From a bacterium (GTDB taxonomy: Bacteria > Patescibacteriota > Saccharimonadia > Saccharimonadales > UBA4665), in the NCBI GenBank assembly GCA_021846795.1, contig JAJZWG010000001.1, forward strand, positions 1-45,371: a stretch of 45,371 nucleotides of DNA, read 5' to 3'. The notes beneath the pieces were generated by a model, which saw only the letters and a program-made list of their open reading frames with translations, made no database searches and was not told the origin of the DNA. Position numbers and translations under genes: made by a program. This document shows, piece after piece, positions 8,795-19,050 of this stretch (positions within the stretch are counted from its first letter, which is position 1; each line of letters opens with the position of its first letter).

Positions 8795-10687
8795 TTATTT
8801 ATCAACAACTTCACCTTCTATTGGTTGATCAGTATCATTTTTTTTGTCTGATTGATCATTTGGTTGAGTTTCCTCTTTTGAAGCTTCATACATTTTAGCA
8901 CCAATTGGCATTAATTTATCGTTTAAAGTTTTAATAGCTTGTTCAATATCTTCCTTTGAACTACTTTCATTAGCGACTTTTTTGGCTTCTTCAATGGCTT
9001 CATTTAAAGTTTTTAAATCATCTTCAGAAATTTTATCCTTGCTATCGGTTGTTAATTTTTCGGCTTGATAAATAGTACTCTCTAATGTATTTTTAACTTC
9101 CACTAATTCTTTGCGTCGTTTATCTTCTTCTGCATGAGCTTCCGCTTCTTTAGCCATTTTTTCAACTTCTGATTTATCTAAATTACCTGAACCGGTAATA
9201 GTAATACTTTGCTCTTTGTTAGTACCTTTATCTTTTGCAGTTACATTTAAAATACCGTTAGCATCAATATTAAAAGTTACTTCAATCTGAGGTACGCCTC
9301 TTGGAGCTGGCGCAATTCCATCTAAAATAAATCGACCTAACGATTTATTACCATCAATCATTTCTCTTTCACCTTGAGCAACATGAATTTCAACTTGAGA
9401 TTGATTATCGGCAGCCGTGGAAAAAATTTCACTTTTAGAAGTTGGAATAGTAGTGTTTCGTTCAATTAATTTTGTCATTACGCCACCCATAGTCTCAATA
9501 CCTAAAGACAATGGAGTAACATCAAGTAATAAAACATCCTTAACGTCACCCTGTAAAACTCCACCTTGAATAGCTGCACCAATTGCCACTACTTCATCAG
9601 GATTAACACCTTTCATTGGATCTTTACCGAAAATAGCTTTAACTTTTTCTTGAACGGCTGGCATTCTAGTCATTCCACCAACCAAAACTACTGAACTAAT
9701 ATCACTAGCTTTCAAACCAGCATCTTTTAAAGCTTTTTGGCAAGGTTCAGCTGTTTTATCAATTAAATTAGCTACTAATTGTTCTAGTTTTGCTCGAGTC
9801 AATTTGTGTTCAAAATGTTTAGGACCATCGGCATCAGCTGTCAAAAATGGTAAATTAATATTAACTTCCTTGGCAGTTGATAATTCAATCTTAGCTTTTT
9901 CAGCTTCGTCTCTTAATCGCTGTAAAGCTGATTTATCATTACTAATATCAATACCCTGTTCTTTTTTAAATTCATCTATAAAATAATTAATAATCACTCG
10001 ATCAAAATCAGCTCCACCTAAATGAGTATCACCATTAGTTGATTTAACTTCAAAAACACCATCACCTAATTCCAAAATCGAAACATCAAATGTACCACCA
10101 CCCAGATCATAAACAGCAATTTTTTCGTCAGATTTTTCAGCTTTATCTAAACCATAAGCTAAAGCTGCAGCGGTTGGTTCATTAATAATTCTTTTAACTT
10201 CTAGTCCGGCTATTTTACCAGCATCTTTAGTAGCTTGTCTTTGACTATCATCAAAATAAGCCGGTACGGTAATGACAGCTTCGGTTACTTTATCGCCTAA
10301 AAATGCTTCAGCGTCAGTTTTTAATTTAGTTAAAATCATAGCACTAATTTCTTCGGGACTATAATCTTTATCACCCATTTTTACTTTAACCGAATTATCA
10401 CTTTTAATGATTTCATAACCCATTAGTTTTAAATCACGTTGAACTTCAGCATCGTTCCAATTTCTTCCAATCAATCTTTTGACTTCATAAATAGTATTCT
10501 TAGAATTAGTAACCTGTTGACGACGAGCTAATTGACCAACTAATCTTTCATTATTCTTACCAACAGCCACCACAGATGGTGTTGTTCTGTTGCCTTCAGC
10601 ATTGGCAATAATTTCAGGCTTTCCTGACTGCATAACAGCCATAGCTGAATTAGTTGTTCCTAAATCAATTCCAATTATTTTACTCAT
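8795..10687 (-). CDS. dnaK: Molecular chaperone DnaK (Hsp70)
   Basis: [14 protein letters not shown]..., DLGGGTFD, and the C-terminal lid. AAGGAG sits 7 nt upstream of ATG 10687. The 11-codon TTG extension in the track is probably not translated. Confidence 0.95.
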   Translation of the reverse strand: MSKIIGIDLGTTNSAMAVMQSGKPEIIANAEGNRTTPSVVAVGKNNERLVGQLARRQQVTNSKNTIYEVKRLIGRNWNDAEVQRDLKLMGYEIIKSDNSVKVKMGDKDYSPEEISAMILTKLKTDAEAFLGDKVTEAVITVPAYFDDSQRQATKDAGKIAGLEVKRIINEPTAAALAYGLDKAEKSDEKIAVYDLGGGTFDVSILELGDGVFEVKSTNGDTHLGGADFDRVIINYFIDEFKKEQGIDISNDKSALQRLRDEAEKAKIELSTAKEVNINLPFLTADADGPKHFEHKLTRAKLEQLVANLIDKTAEPCQKALKDAGLKASDISSVVLVGGMTRMPAVQEKVKAIFGKDPMKGVNPDEVVAIGAAIQGGVLQGDVKDVLLLDVTPLSLGIETMGGVMTKLIERNTTIPTSKSEIFSTAADNQSQVEIHVAQGEREMIDGNKSLGRFILDGIAPAPRGVPQIEVTFNIDANGILNVTAKDKGTNKEQSITITGSGNLDKSEVEKMAKEAEAHAEEDKRRKELVEVKNTLESTIYQAEKLTTDSKDKISEDDLKTLNEAIEEAKKVANESSSKEDIEQAIKTLNDKLMPIGAKMYEASKEETQPNDQSDKKNDTDQPIEGEVVDK

Positions 10688-10760
10688 TTTTTTATCTCCT
10701 TTTTTGCAAATTATCAGCAATCTTAATATTCAACCGCTAACTTACATCTATAGTAACTAA

Positions 10761-10787
10761 TTAGCACTCAGCTGTCAAGAGTGCTAA
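10761..10787 (-). promoter_or_regulatory. CIRCE operator (HrcA site) plus dnaK promoter
   Basis: TTAGCACTC-N9-GAGTGCTAA, a perfect match. On the minus strand the spacer reads TTGACAGCT. TTGACA (10773-10778) is followed by a 17-nt spacer and TACTAT (10750-10755). The site overlaps the grpE stop codon. Confidence 0.85.
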
Positions 10788-11293
10788 TTAGTTTGTCTTT
10801 TTACTTTTACTAAAGCTGGTCTTAACACATCTGAATCAAGCATATAACCAGCCTGTAATTCTTCACTAACAATCTCATTTTCACCGTCCAAACTATCATC
10901 GACAGCAATTGCTTCATGAAAATTAGGGTCAAAAACCTGATTAAGACTAACAATTTTTCGAACTCCTAATTTTTCAAAAACAGTTTCAAACTGTTTAACA
11001 ATTCCATTAATACCTTCAATATAAGGATTATCTTTTAAATCTTTAGGCACATGCTTTAAAGATCTTTCAAAATTATCTACTATTGGTAATAAATCTTTAA
11101 TTATTTCAGTTTTATGATAAGCTGATAAAGCCTTTTTTTCTTCATCAAACCGACGACGCAAATTTATAGCATCAGCTCTTTCACGTTTTAATTGTTCAAC
11201 TAATTCTTGAATTTGATTAGTTAAATTTTCAATTTCATTAGATAATTCTTGAACGTTTGATTGACCTTTTTTATTGTGTTTTTCTTCTGGCAT
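10784..11293 (-). CDS. grpE: Nucleotide exchange factor GrpE
   Basis: 169 aa with an N-terminal coiled coil and a C-terminal GrpE beta domain (..FDPNFHEAI..). AAGGAG lies upstream. Confidence 0.9.
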   Translation of the reverse strand: MPEEKHNKKGQSNVQELSNEIENLTNQIQELVEQLKRERADAINLRRRFDEEKKALSAYHKTEIIKDLLPIVDNFERSLKHVPKDLKDNPYIEGINGIVKQFETVFEKLGVRKIVSLNQVFDPNFHEAIAVDDSLDGENEIVSEELQAGYMLDSDVLRPALVKVKRQTN

Positions 11294-11304
11294 TTTTTAT
11301 CTCC

Positions 11305-12009
11305 TTACAATATAATTCCAAGCTCTTGACCGGCTCTCTTAACTAATGACATAACATTACGATAACTTTGACGAGTTGGACCTAAAGTACCAATATAACT
11401 TTTATCTGAGAATTTACCTTTAAAACAAGAAATAATTAAAGTACATCCGGCTGATCGACCAACTGGGTTTTCTTGACCAATATAAACACTCAATGTTTCA
11501 TTGGGGGCAGCCTCTTTAATCCATGGCTCCAAATTATCTAATAATCTAGCCACTCTCATCACCTGTTGAGAATCAATAAATTCTGGTTGACCGAAAAGAT
11601 AACTCAATCCACTCATATATAGTTGATCGCCAATAGTAGCTAAAGCTAAATTATGGGTTAATTCTACTAAAGTATCAACGGCATTTTTAATAGCTTGTTC
11701 GGGTTCACCGCTATGAATTACCCTAGAAACTAAAGCATTTTCAAATCTTGGTTTATTAGAAGGAACTTGATCGGTAGTATTCAATAAATTAACATAAAAA
11801 CGATAACCCTTATCGGTTGGAATGCGACCAGCACTAGTATGAGGCTGAGCAATATACCCCATAGACTCTAATTCAAACATATCAGAACGAATTGTAGCCG
11901 AAGAAACTTGAAATACTTTAGACAATAAATTACTTCCCACTGGACTAGCAACCTCAGCGTATTGTTCAACAATTGCACAAAGAATATTTTTTTGTCGTTC
12001 AGTCATCAT
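11305..12009 (-). CDS. hrcA: Heat-inducible repressor HrcA (compact 234-aa form)
   Basis: N-terminal wHTH (LTERQKNILCAIVEQY...VGSNLL...SSATIRSDMFELESMGYI.QPHTSAGRIPT.KGYRFYV) and a C-terminal GAF-like part (VYIGQEN...GTLGPTRQSY). Confidence 0.85.
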   Translation of the reverse strand: MMTERQKNILCAIVEQYAEVASPVGSNLLSKVFQVSSATIRSDMFELESMGYIAQPHTSAGRIPTDKGYRFYVNLLNTTDQVPSNKPRFENALVSRVIHSGEPEQAIKNAVDTLVELTHNLALATIGDQLYMSGLSYLFGQPEFIDSQQVMRVARLLDNLEPWIKEAAPNETLSVYIGQENPVGRSAGCTLIISCFKGKFSDKSYIGTLGPTRQSYRNVMSLVKRAGQELGIIL

Positions 12010-12047
12010 CTTTTAGCCTAAAATTTAATTAGTCTAAGTATAGCTTT

Positions 12048-12074
12048 TTGGCACTCAACTGTCAAGAGTGCTAA
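12048..12074 (-). promoter_or_regulatory. CIRCE operator plus hrcA promoter
   Basis: TTGGCACTC-N9-GAGTGCTAA. On the minus strand TTGACA (12060-12065) is followed by a 17-nt spacer and TATACT (12037-12042). The site lies inside the last codons of the upstream gmk-like gene. Confidence 0.8.
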
Positions 12075-12804
12075 ATTTATCAATAAATCGGCTAATTTCT
12101 AAATTTAAATTCTTTAATAAATTACTGTTATGTTGCTTGGTTGTTTTTAGATTATCAGTTTTTAAAAAAATATCTATTTGTTGAGCTGAATGTTTAAAAT
12201 CATTATTAATAATGATTTCACCAATTAAATCTTTAGAAAAACTTTTTAAAATTTTTTGAGCAGTTTTTAAACGCATTAATAATTCAGAAATAGGCATATT
12301 AGGATCTCTTCTATAAAGTCGACTCATCCAAACATCAAAGGAGGGTGGAATAATAAAAAATAACTTTGTTTTGTTACTATATTTTAAAATTTTTTGAGCT
12401 CCCCCTAAGTCAATATCGGTAATAGCAAATTTATTCATTTCTCGAGCTTTTTTAAGTTCACTAAGATTTAAACCTGAAACTTGTTGTTGATGTATAATTT
12501 CAGCTTCTAAATAGCTACCTTGCTTTAAACCTTTTAAAAATTGATCTTCATTGATGAAATTATATTCACGGCCATTTTTTTCTAAAATTCCGTTATTCAT
12601 TCTAGGTTGTCTAGTAGTATCAGAAATCAAGAAATAATACTGATCGGTTTGACATAATTGTTGAATAATCGTACTACGACCCGATCCAGAAAATCCTAAC
12701 AGTAAAACTAATTTGATTTGATTTAACAAATTTAGTTTAGCTTGATTAATCTGATAATCCTTTAAAGTTTCTTGAAATTGATCTAATTTAATTAACTGAT
12801 TCAT
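12055..12804 (-). CDS. Guanylate kinase-like P-loop kinase
   Basis: Motifs: GFSGSGRST (Walker A), SDTTRQPR (the TTRxPR motif of GMP kinases) and FIIPPSFDVWMSRLYRR. Has a ~30-aa N-terminal extension and a divergent middle region. Confidence 0.6.
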   Translation of the reverse strand: MNQLIKLDQFQETLKDYQINQAKLNLLNQIKLVLLLGFSGSGRSTIIQQLCQTDQYYFLISDTTRQPRMNNGILEKNGREYNFINEDQFLKGLKQGSYLEAEIIHQQQVSGLNLSELKKAREMNKFAITDIDLGGAQKILKYSNKTKLFFIIPPSFDVWMSRLYRRDPNMPISELLMRLKTAQKILKSFSKDLIGEIIINNDFKHSAQQIDIFLKTDNLKTTKQHNSNLLKNLNLEISRFIDKFSTLDS

Positions 12805-14579
12805 TAGTCTCTCTTTAATAAAATTTGAAAAGCTTCAGCTGGAATATCAACTTTACCAAATTTTTTCATTCGACTTTTGCCTTTTTTCTGTTTAGCTAAA
12901 ACTTTCTTTTTTCTAGATACATCACCACCATAAAGGCCGGTTGTAACATCTTTTCGAAAAGCTGAAATATCTTCCCTGGCTATAATTTTACTATTAATAC
13001 CAGCCTGAAGAGAAACTTTAAAATTTTGACGAGGAATTATTTCTTTTAATTTTAAAACAACTTTTTGAGCTAATTGCCTTGATTCTTGACGATGAACAAT
13101 TGTTGATAAGGCATCAATTTTCTCTTGAGCTACATAAAAATCAACTTTAACTAAATCAGCTGGTCTATATTCCGCCATATCGTAATTAAATGAACCAAAT
13201 CCGCTAGTAATTGTTTTTAAATCATCGTAAAAATCTGTTAACAAATTAGCCAATGGCGCTTCAAAAGATATTAAAGCCTGGTTTTCAATATAACTAATAT
13301 TTTTTTGTTGACCACGATTAGTTGATATTAATTGAACAATCGCTCCAACAAAGTTTTTAGGACTAATTATTTCACCTTTAATCCAAGGCTCTTTAATAAG
13401 TTCAATAGCTGTAATATCGGGTAATTCAGTAGCGCTTTGAATATGTTTAATTAAGCCGTTTTTTAAAACTATTTCATAATCAGTTGAAGGGTTTGTAACA
13501 ATTAAGTCAATACCATATTCACGCTCTAATCTTTCTTTAACTATATCTAAATGTAATAACCCTAAAAAACCAATCCTTACTCCAAAACCTAAAATTGGTG
13601 AATTTTCTAAACTATATCTAAGTGCAGAGTCGTTTAAAGCTAACTTTTCTATAGCCATCTTTAAATCATTATAATATTCGTTACTAACTGGATAAAAACC
13701 GGCATAAACAAACGGCTTTACCTCTTTATAACCATCAAGCGGTAAAACATTAATTGATGTTTCTAAAGTTAAGGTATCACCAACTCGAGCATCTTGCGTT
13801 GAATGAAAATTAGTGACAACGTAACCAATTTCACCCGAAGATAAACCTTTCATTGAAAATTGTTGAGGTTTTAAAACACCAACTTCTAAAGCTTGCCCAG
13901 TAACCTTATTTGATAACATCATAATTCTTTGATTGGCTAATAATTGACCATCAAAAACTCTAATATACAAAACAACTCCGCGATAATCATCAAAATAAGA
14001 ATCAAATATTAAAGCGCGTAAACTATTTTGACTATATTCTGGCTGAGGAATATTAGTAATAACCGATCCTAATACATCTTCAACTCCTTGTCCTGTTTTA
14101 GCCGAAATTTTTAAAATCTTTGATCGATTAATTGCCAATAAATCAATTAATTCGTTTTCAACTTTTTCTACATTGGCGGCTGGTAAATCAACTTTATTAA
14201 TTACTGGAATAATTGTCAGGTTATTTTCAATAGCTAAATATAAATTAGCTAAAGTTTGAGCCTGGATACCTTGAGTAGCATCAACTACCAAGATTGCTCC
14301 TTCACAAGCTGCTAAAGATCTAGAAACTTCATAACTAAAATCTACATGGCCAGGTGTATCAATTAGATTTAATTCAAATCCTTTATAAATCATTTGAACT
14401 GAGGCTAATTTAATTGTTATACCTTTTTCACGTTCTAGATCCATTTTATCTAAAACTTGATTTTTCATTTGGCGAGCTTGAATTGTACCAGTTATTTCCA
14501 ATAAACGATCAGCTAAAGTTGACTTACCATGGTCGATATGAGCAATAATACAAAAATTACGAATATTCTTTTTAATCAT
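12804..14579 (-). CDS. lepA: Translation elongation factor 4 (LepA)
   Basis: FCIIAHIDHGKSTLADRLL, DTPGHVDF, NKVD, and the LepA C-terminal domain. Confidence 0.95.
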   Translation of the reverse strand: MIKKNIRNFCIIAHIDHGKSTLADRLLEITGTIQARQMKNQVLDKMDLEREKGITIKLASVQMIYKGFELNLIDTPGHVDFSYEVSRSLAACEGAILVVDATQGIQAQTLANLYLAIENNLTIIPVINKVDLPAANVEKVENELIDLLAINRSKILKISAKTGQGVEDVLGSVITNIPQPEYSQNSLRALIFDSYFDDYRGVVLYIRVFDGQLLANQRIMMLSNKVTGQALEVGVLKPQQFSMKGLSSGEIGYVVTNFHSTQDARVGDTLTLETSINVLPLDGYKEVKPFVYAGFYPVSNEYYNDLKMAIEKLALNDSALRYSLENSPILGFGVRIGFLGLLHLDIVKERLEREYGIDLIVTNPSTDYEIVLKNGLIKHIQSATELPDITAIELIKEPWIKGEIISPKNFVGAIVQLISTNRGQQKNISYIENQALISFEAPLANLLTDFYDDLKTITSGFGSFNYDMAEYRPADLVKVDFYVAQEKIDALSTIVHRQESRQLAQKVVLKLKEIIPRQNFKVSLQAGINSKIIAREDISAFRKDVTTGLYGGDVSRKKKVLAKQKKGKSRMKKFGKVDIPAEAFQILLKRD

Positions 14580-16181
14580 TTAATATTGAATCTTAATTGG
14601 TTTAAGCATAAATTTTTTGACCGTTTTTAAGAATGGTTGAACTTCTTCAAGACGGAATAATGCTGAGGATAAAATATGAACTAAAAAAATTACTGCTACA
14701 ATTAAAAACAATTTACCACCCAAAACAATTACACCTTTATCTTTTAATTGTAATGGGTAAATTTGCACCATAATATAACCAGCGATACCACTAAATATAC
14801 TGGCTACACCAATTCTTGTAACACCTTTAAAAAAACTAAAGTCAAAAATTTTTTTATCGCGGATTATCATGACAGTAATTAAAATTAAAACTTCTGTTAC
14901 GCCAACTATCGATTGAGCAATAGCTAAACCAGCAATCCCAAATTCTGATTTTTGAGCTAAAGTAACCGCTAAAACAATATTTAAAGCAATCACAAAAAAA
15001 GACACAAAAAGAGGGGTTTTATTGTCTTTATGAGAATAAAACCATCTAGAAATAATTGAGTACATAATTCTAGAAAAAATAGCAAAAGTTAAAAACCCTA
15101 AAACAATTGATATATTATTATCACCTCTAGTATAAATTAATCTAGCCAAATAACCTCGACAATAAAAAGTCACAAAACAAACTGGAATACCAATCCAAAT
15201 CATTGTTTTTAATATTTGTCGAAAATCTTGACGAAATAAATCTGGTCGTTTTTGACTTAATCTTAAATTCAATCGTGGGAAGGCGGCTGTAGCAATCGTC
15301 GTACCAACTAACAAAATCGGGGCAGTCGATAATGTATAAGCATTGGCAAAATTAGAAATAGCTCCAGCTCCTAATCCACTAGCAATATGTGTTTCAACAA
15401 TATTTTCAATTTGATCAATTCCTTGATCAACTGAACGAGCTGGTAAATTACGTAAAACCTGTTTAAAATCTTTTGATCGCCATAAAATTTTCGGTTGCCA
15501 ATAAAAATTAGTTTTATAAAGACCAATAATCACAATCAATAATTGAATAATCGCACCAATTAACGCACCGATACCCAAACCAACTAAACCAATATTATGT
15601 CTAAATAAATAGATGCTTATTATAATTGAAGCATTATAAAACAATGGTGCTATAGCGTAGAAAAAGAACCTTCCCATAGTTTGCTGAACGCTAGTTAAAA
15701 TACCAGACAAAGTAAATAATAATGGATTAAAAGCTAAATATCTCATAATATTGGCGGCTGTATTTATTTCATCAGGCGGTAAATGAGGTGCTACAACATA
15801 TTGAATTAATGGATGAGCAAAAATAACTATTAAAATACCAACTACTAGCATTATTAAGGATAGTAAATTCATTAAGGAATCAGACAATTCCCACATAGCT
15901 CGTCTAGTACTATTTTGATACTTATCTGCTAAAATTGGAATAAAAGCTACACCTAAAGCTCCAGCCGATAAAGTAAAAAACAATAAGTCTGGAATGTTAA
16001 AAGCTGCAAAATAAGCATCAGTTGAATTAACACCAATTAGAGGAAAATTAGCGTTAACTAATTTAGTTCTCAGTAAACCAAGTAGCTGACCTAAAACCGT
16101 TGCAGCAATTAAAATAAAAGCAGCTGTAGAAACTGAAGATAATTTCTTTCTTGAACTAGTATTAGTTTTGGTTTCTTCCAT
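14580..16181 (-). CDS. murJ: Lipid II flippase MurJ (MviN family)
   Basis: 533 aa with ~14 TM segments. The N-terminus is typical of MurJ (..LGLLRTKLVNANFP...DAYFAAFNIPDLLF). Confidence 0.8.
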   Translation of the reverse strand: MEETKTNTSSRKKLSSVSTAAFILIAATVLGQLLGLLRTKLVNANFPLIGVNSTDAYFAAFNIPDLLFFTLSAGALGVAFIPILADKYQNSTRRAMWELSDSLMNLLSLIMLVVGILIVIFAHPLIQYVVAPHLPPDEINTAANIMRYLAFNPLLFTLSGILTSVQQTMGRFFFYAIAPLFYNASIIISIYLFRHNIGLVGLGIGALIGAIIQLLIVIIGLYKTNFYWQPKILWRSKDFKQVLRNLPARSVDQGIDQIENIVETHIASGLGAGAISNFANAYTLSTAPILLVGTTIATAAFPRLNLRLSQKRPDLFRQDFRQILKTMIWIGIPVCFVTFYCRGYLARLIYTRGDNNISIVLGFLTFAIFSRIMYSIISRWFYSHKDNKTPLFVSFFVIALNIVLAVTLAQKSEFGIAGLAIAQSIVGVTEVLILITVMIIRDKKIFDFSFFKGVTRIGVASIFSGIAGYIMVQIYPLQLKDKGVIVLGGKLFLIVAVIFLVHILSSALFRLEEVQPFLKTVKKFMLKPIKIQY

Positions 16182-16235
16182 AAAATTACAATCAGTATAG
16201 AACAGATTATTCTAACTAGCTAGCAAAAAAACAAA

Positions 16236-18104
16236 TCAATACAAGGTGACTGTTTTAGGCAATTTTGATCCACTTAAAATTTTGGCTACTTCCTCAGAAT
16301 CAATTGTTTCTTTTTCTAACAAAACATCCTTTAACTTTTCCAAATAACTTAAGTTAGTTTTAATAATACTTCTCGCTCGATTAGCTGCCTCATTGATAAG
16401 ATTTTCGATTTCTTCATCAATAATCTTAGCGGTTGAATCTGAATAATCTCTGTCGTGAATTAATTTATCCATAGTAACACTTTCATCATTTTTAAAAACT
16501 TGATTACGTAATTTATCTCCCATGCCTTGATTAACAACCATGTCTCGAGCTAATTCAGCGGCTCCTTGTAAATCTGAGCTTGCGCCAGTTGTCACTTTAT
16601 TTTTACCAAATATTATTTCTTCTGCAATACGACCACCTAAACCACGAGCTAAAATATCTTTTAACTGAACAATTGAACTAAAAATTCGATCTTCTGGAGG
16701 AATAAACCAAGTAACTCCACCGGTTCCTCCACGAGGAATAATAGTTATCTTATGAACGGGATCACTATCGGGTAAAACATGCCCAACTAAAGCATGGCCC
16801 GCTTCATGATAAGCGGTAACTTTTTTATCTAAATCACTCATAACTTTATTTTTTCGTTCAGGACCAATTGCTACTCGTTCAAACGCTTCAGTTACATCAC
16901 TAGATAAAATTTGACTATGAGAATTACGAGCAGCAATTATGGCTGCTTCATTAGTTATATTGGCTAAATCCGCACCCGAAAAACCGGCAGTTTTAGCAGC
17001 TAAAGCATCAACATCAAAATCCTTAGCTAACGGTTTACTTTTAAAATGAATATTTAAAATTGCAGCTCGATCTTTTCTATCTGGTAAATTAATGTTAACT
17101 CGTCGATCGAATCTACCTGGTCTCAATAAAGCTGAATCTAAAACATCAGCTCGATTAGTAGCTGCTAGAACAATTACATTCTGTCCTTGTTCAAAACCAT
17201 CCATTTCAACCAATATTTGATTTAAGGTTTGTTCTCTCTCATCGTGTCCACCACCCATTCCACTACCTCTTTTTCGACCAACGGCATCTATTTCGTCAAT
17301 AAAAATAATACATGGAGCATTTTTTTTAGCTTTAGAAAATAAATCTCTTACCCTTGAAGCTCCAACACCAACAAACATCTCAACAAATTCAGAACCAGAA
17401 ATACTAAAAAAAGGTACGTTAGCTTCACCGGCTGTAGCTCTAGCCAACATTGTTTTACCAGTTCCTGGTGGACCAATTAATAAAACACCTTTTGGAATTT
17501 TAGCACCTAATGAAGCATATTTTTTAGGGTATTTTAAAAATTGAACAACTTCCTCTAAGTCTTGTTTAGATTCATCGGCTCCAGCTACATCTTTAAACAA
17601 TACTTTATCTTTTTCATTACCATAAAGTCTGGCTCGACTTTTACCAAAGTTAAGAGCTTGGTTGCCTTGACCTTGAACACTTTTAAGCATAAAGAAAATA
17701 ACACCACCTATTAATAAAACCGGTAAAATAGCTTCACCGATTGATAACCAAATTGATGATGAACTGCTTTGAGGTTTATAAATAACATCAACTTTATTAT
17801 AGTTTAAACCAAGACTTTTTAAGCTAGCATTGGTGGCGGTATAACTTTCTAAAGTCACCGAACTAGGTTTTTTAGGAATAATTAATAATTTATTTGAATT
17901 GGCGCTAACAGTTATACTTTTGTAGTCCCCAGCATTGGCATTACTGATAACTTGACTAAGGGGTAAAACATCAACCTTACTACTGGTATTTGATGATGAA
18001 GCTAATATAGCTAGTCCAAGCAAAATAATAATAATTAAAAAACCAAGGTTTTTAAAATTATTGCGATTATTGTTACGCTTATTATTAATTGTTTGACCAT
18101 TCAT
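16236..18104 (-). CDS. ftsH: ATP-dependent zinc metalloprotease FtsH
   Basis: Two N-terminal TM segments, a GPPGTGKT Walker A, the AAA SRH region and the HEAGHA zinc motif. Confidence 0.95.
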   Translation of the reverse strand: MNGQTINNKRNNNRNNFKNLGFLIIIILLGLAILASSSNTSSKVDVLPLSQVISNANAGDYKSITVSANSNKLLIIPKKPSSVTLESYTATNASLKSLGLNYNKVDVIYKPQSSSSSIWLSIGEAILPVLLIGGVIFFMLKSVQGQGNQALNFGKSRARLYGNEKDKVLFKDVAGADESKQDLEEVVQFLKYPKKYASLGAKIPKGVLLIGPPGTGKTMLARATAGEANVPFFSISGSEFVEMFVGVGASRVRDLFSKAKKNAPCIIFIDEIDAVGRKRGSGMGGGHDEREQTLNQILVEMDGFEQGQNVIVLAATNRADVLDSALLRPGRFDRRVNINLPDRKDRAAILNIHFKSKPLAKDFDVDALAAKTAGFSGADLANITNEAAIIAARNSHSQILSSDVTEAFERVAIGPERKNKVMSDLDKKVTAYHEAGHALVGHVLPDSDPVHKITIIPRGGTGGVTWFIPPEDRIFSSIVQLKDILARGLGGRIAEEIIFGKNKVTTGASSDLQGAAELARDMVVNQGMGDKLRNQVFKNDESVTMDKLIHDRDYSDSTAKIIDEEIENLINEAANRARSIIKTNLSYLEKLKDVLLEKETIDSEEVAKILSGSKLPKTVTLY

Positions 18105-18137
18105 AAAATATATTATACTTTCATAGATTAAAAATTA

Positions 18138-18164
18138 CTAGCACTTATAATAGTTGAGTGCTAA
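18138..18164 (-). promoter_or_regulatory. CIRCE-like inverted repeat upstream of ftsH
   Basis: CTAGCACTT-N9-GAGTGCTAA, with 7 of 9 arm positions pairing. It begins exactly at the tilS stop codon. TATAAT (minus strand, 18112-18117) lies 7 nt before the ftsH ATG. Confidence 0.6.
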
Positions 18165-19034
18165 ATACTCTTTCTCGATAAGAACATAATAATTATTTTT
18201 GACATCAATCTTCTTGCCGGTCTCAAGTAATTGACTGTTTTTATATAATCTTAAAATAGCTTTTTTATCAAAATTACGCAAATTATTTTGTCTTAACCAA
18301 AATGTTAAAAAATCTTTAGCGACTAAATCAGGGCAATTATTAATAAAACTTTTTTTTATTTTAGTTTTGTCATTTTGATTAAATAAACTTAAAAAAAGCT
18401 GATCAATTTGTTGATTCAAAAATGTCATTCGCTTTATTTTAATTATTAACCACTCTAATTGAGCTTGATTAAACATTGGTATAATTTTATGTCGAATAAA
18501 ATTTCGACTGTATTTTAAATCAAAATTAGTTACATCATCTCGCCAAACTAAATGATGAAGATTGGCATAATTAATTATGTCAGTTTTTTTAAATTTTAAT
18601 AATGGGTGAATAATATTAGAATTATTCATAAAAGGACTGAGGCCAACCCTTCCAGTACCTCTAAGAATATTAAAAATAACTGTTTCAATTAAATCATCTT
18701 GATGATGTGCGGTTATAATTAGATCAGCTTTAATTTCTTTTTGCAATGAAAACAAAAAATTGTAACGAGATTGGCGAGCTAATTCTTCTGAAGCTGTTAT
18801 TCCTAAATGACCTTCCTGATAAAAAAATTTTAAATGATTAATTTTAGCAATATTTTCTACTAAAATTCGATCTTTTTCAGAATCTTGTCGAATACCGTGA
18901 TCATAATGAGCTACTGTAAATTTATATAAAGTTTTATTATTAAATTGATTCAATAATAAATTCAATAAAACTATTGAATCAACACCACCAGATACTGCCA
19001 CAATATATTCACCTGGTTGAAGATTAATTCTCAT
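18138..19034 (-). CDS. tilS: tRNA(Ile)-lysidine synthase TilS (short form)
   Basis: PP-loop SGGVDS near the N-terminus (YIVAVSGGVDSIVLL) and HHQDD. The 298 aa lack the long C-terminal domain of the E. coli type. Confidence 0.85.
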   Translation of the reverse strand: MRINLQPGEYIVAVSGGVDSIVLLNLLLNQFNNKTLYKFTVAHYDHGIRQDSEKDRILVENIAKINHLKFFYQEGHLGITASEELARQSRYNFLFSLQKEIKADLIITAHHQDDLIETVIFNILRGTGRVGLSPFMNNSNIIHPLLKFKKTDIINYANLHHLVWRDDVTNFDLKYSRNFIRHKIIPMFNQAQLEWLIIKIKRMTFLNQQIDQLFLSLFNQNDKTKIKKSFINNCPDLVAKDFLTFWLRQNNLRNFDKKAILRLYKNSQLLETGKKIDVKNNYYVLIEKEYLALNYYKC

Positions 19035-19050
19035 AAATATATAATAAACT

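Noticed and set aside
9804-9986. 60-aa plus-strand ORF
   Set aside because: It lies antisense within dnaK.
10688-10720. 11-codon TTG-initiated N-terminal extension of DnaK in the ORF track
   Set aside because: The AAGGAG SD lies inside the extension at the right distance from ATG 10687, and [10 protein letters not shown] is the canonical DnaK N-terminus.
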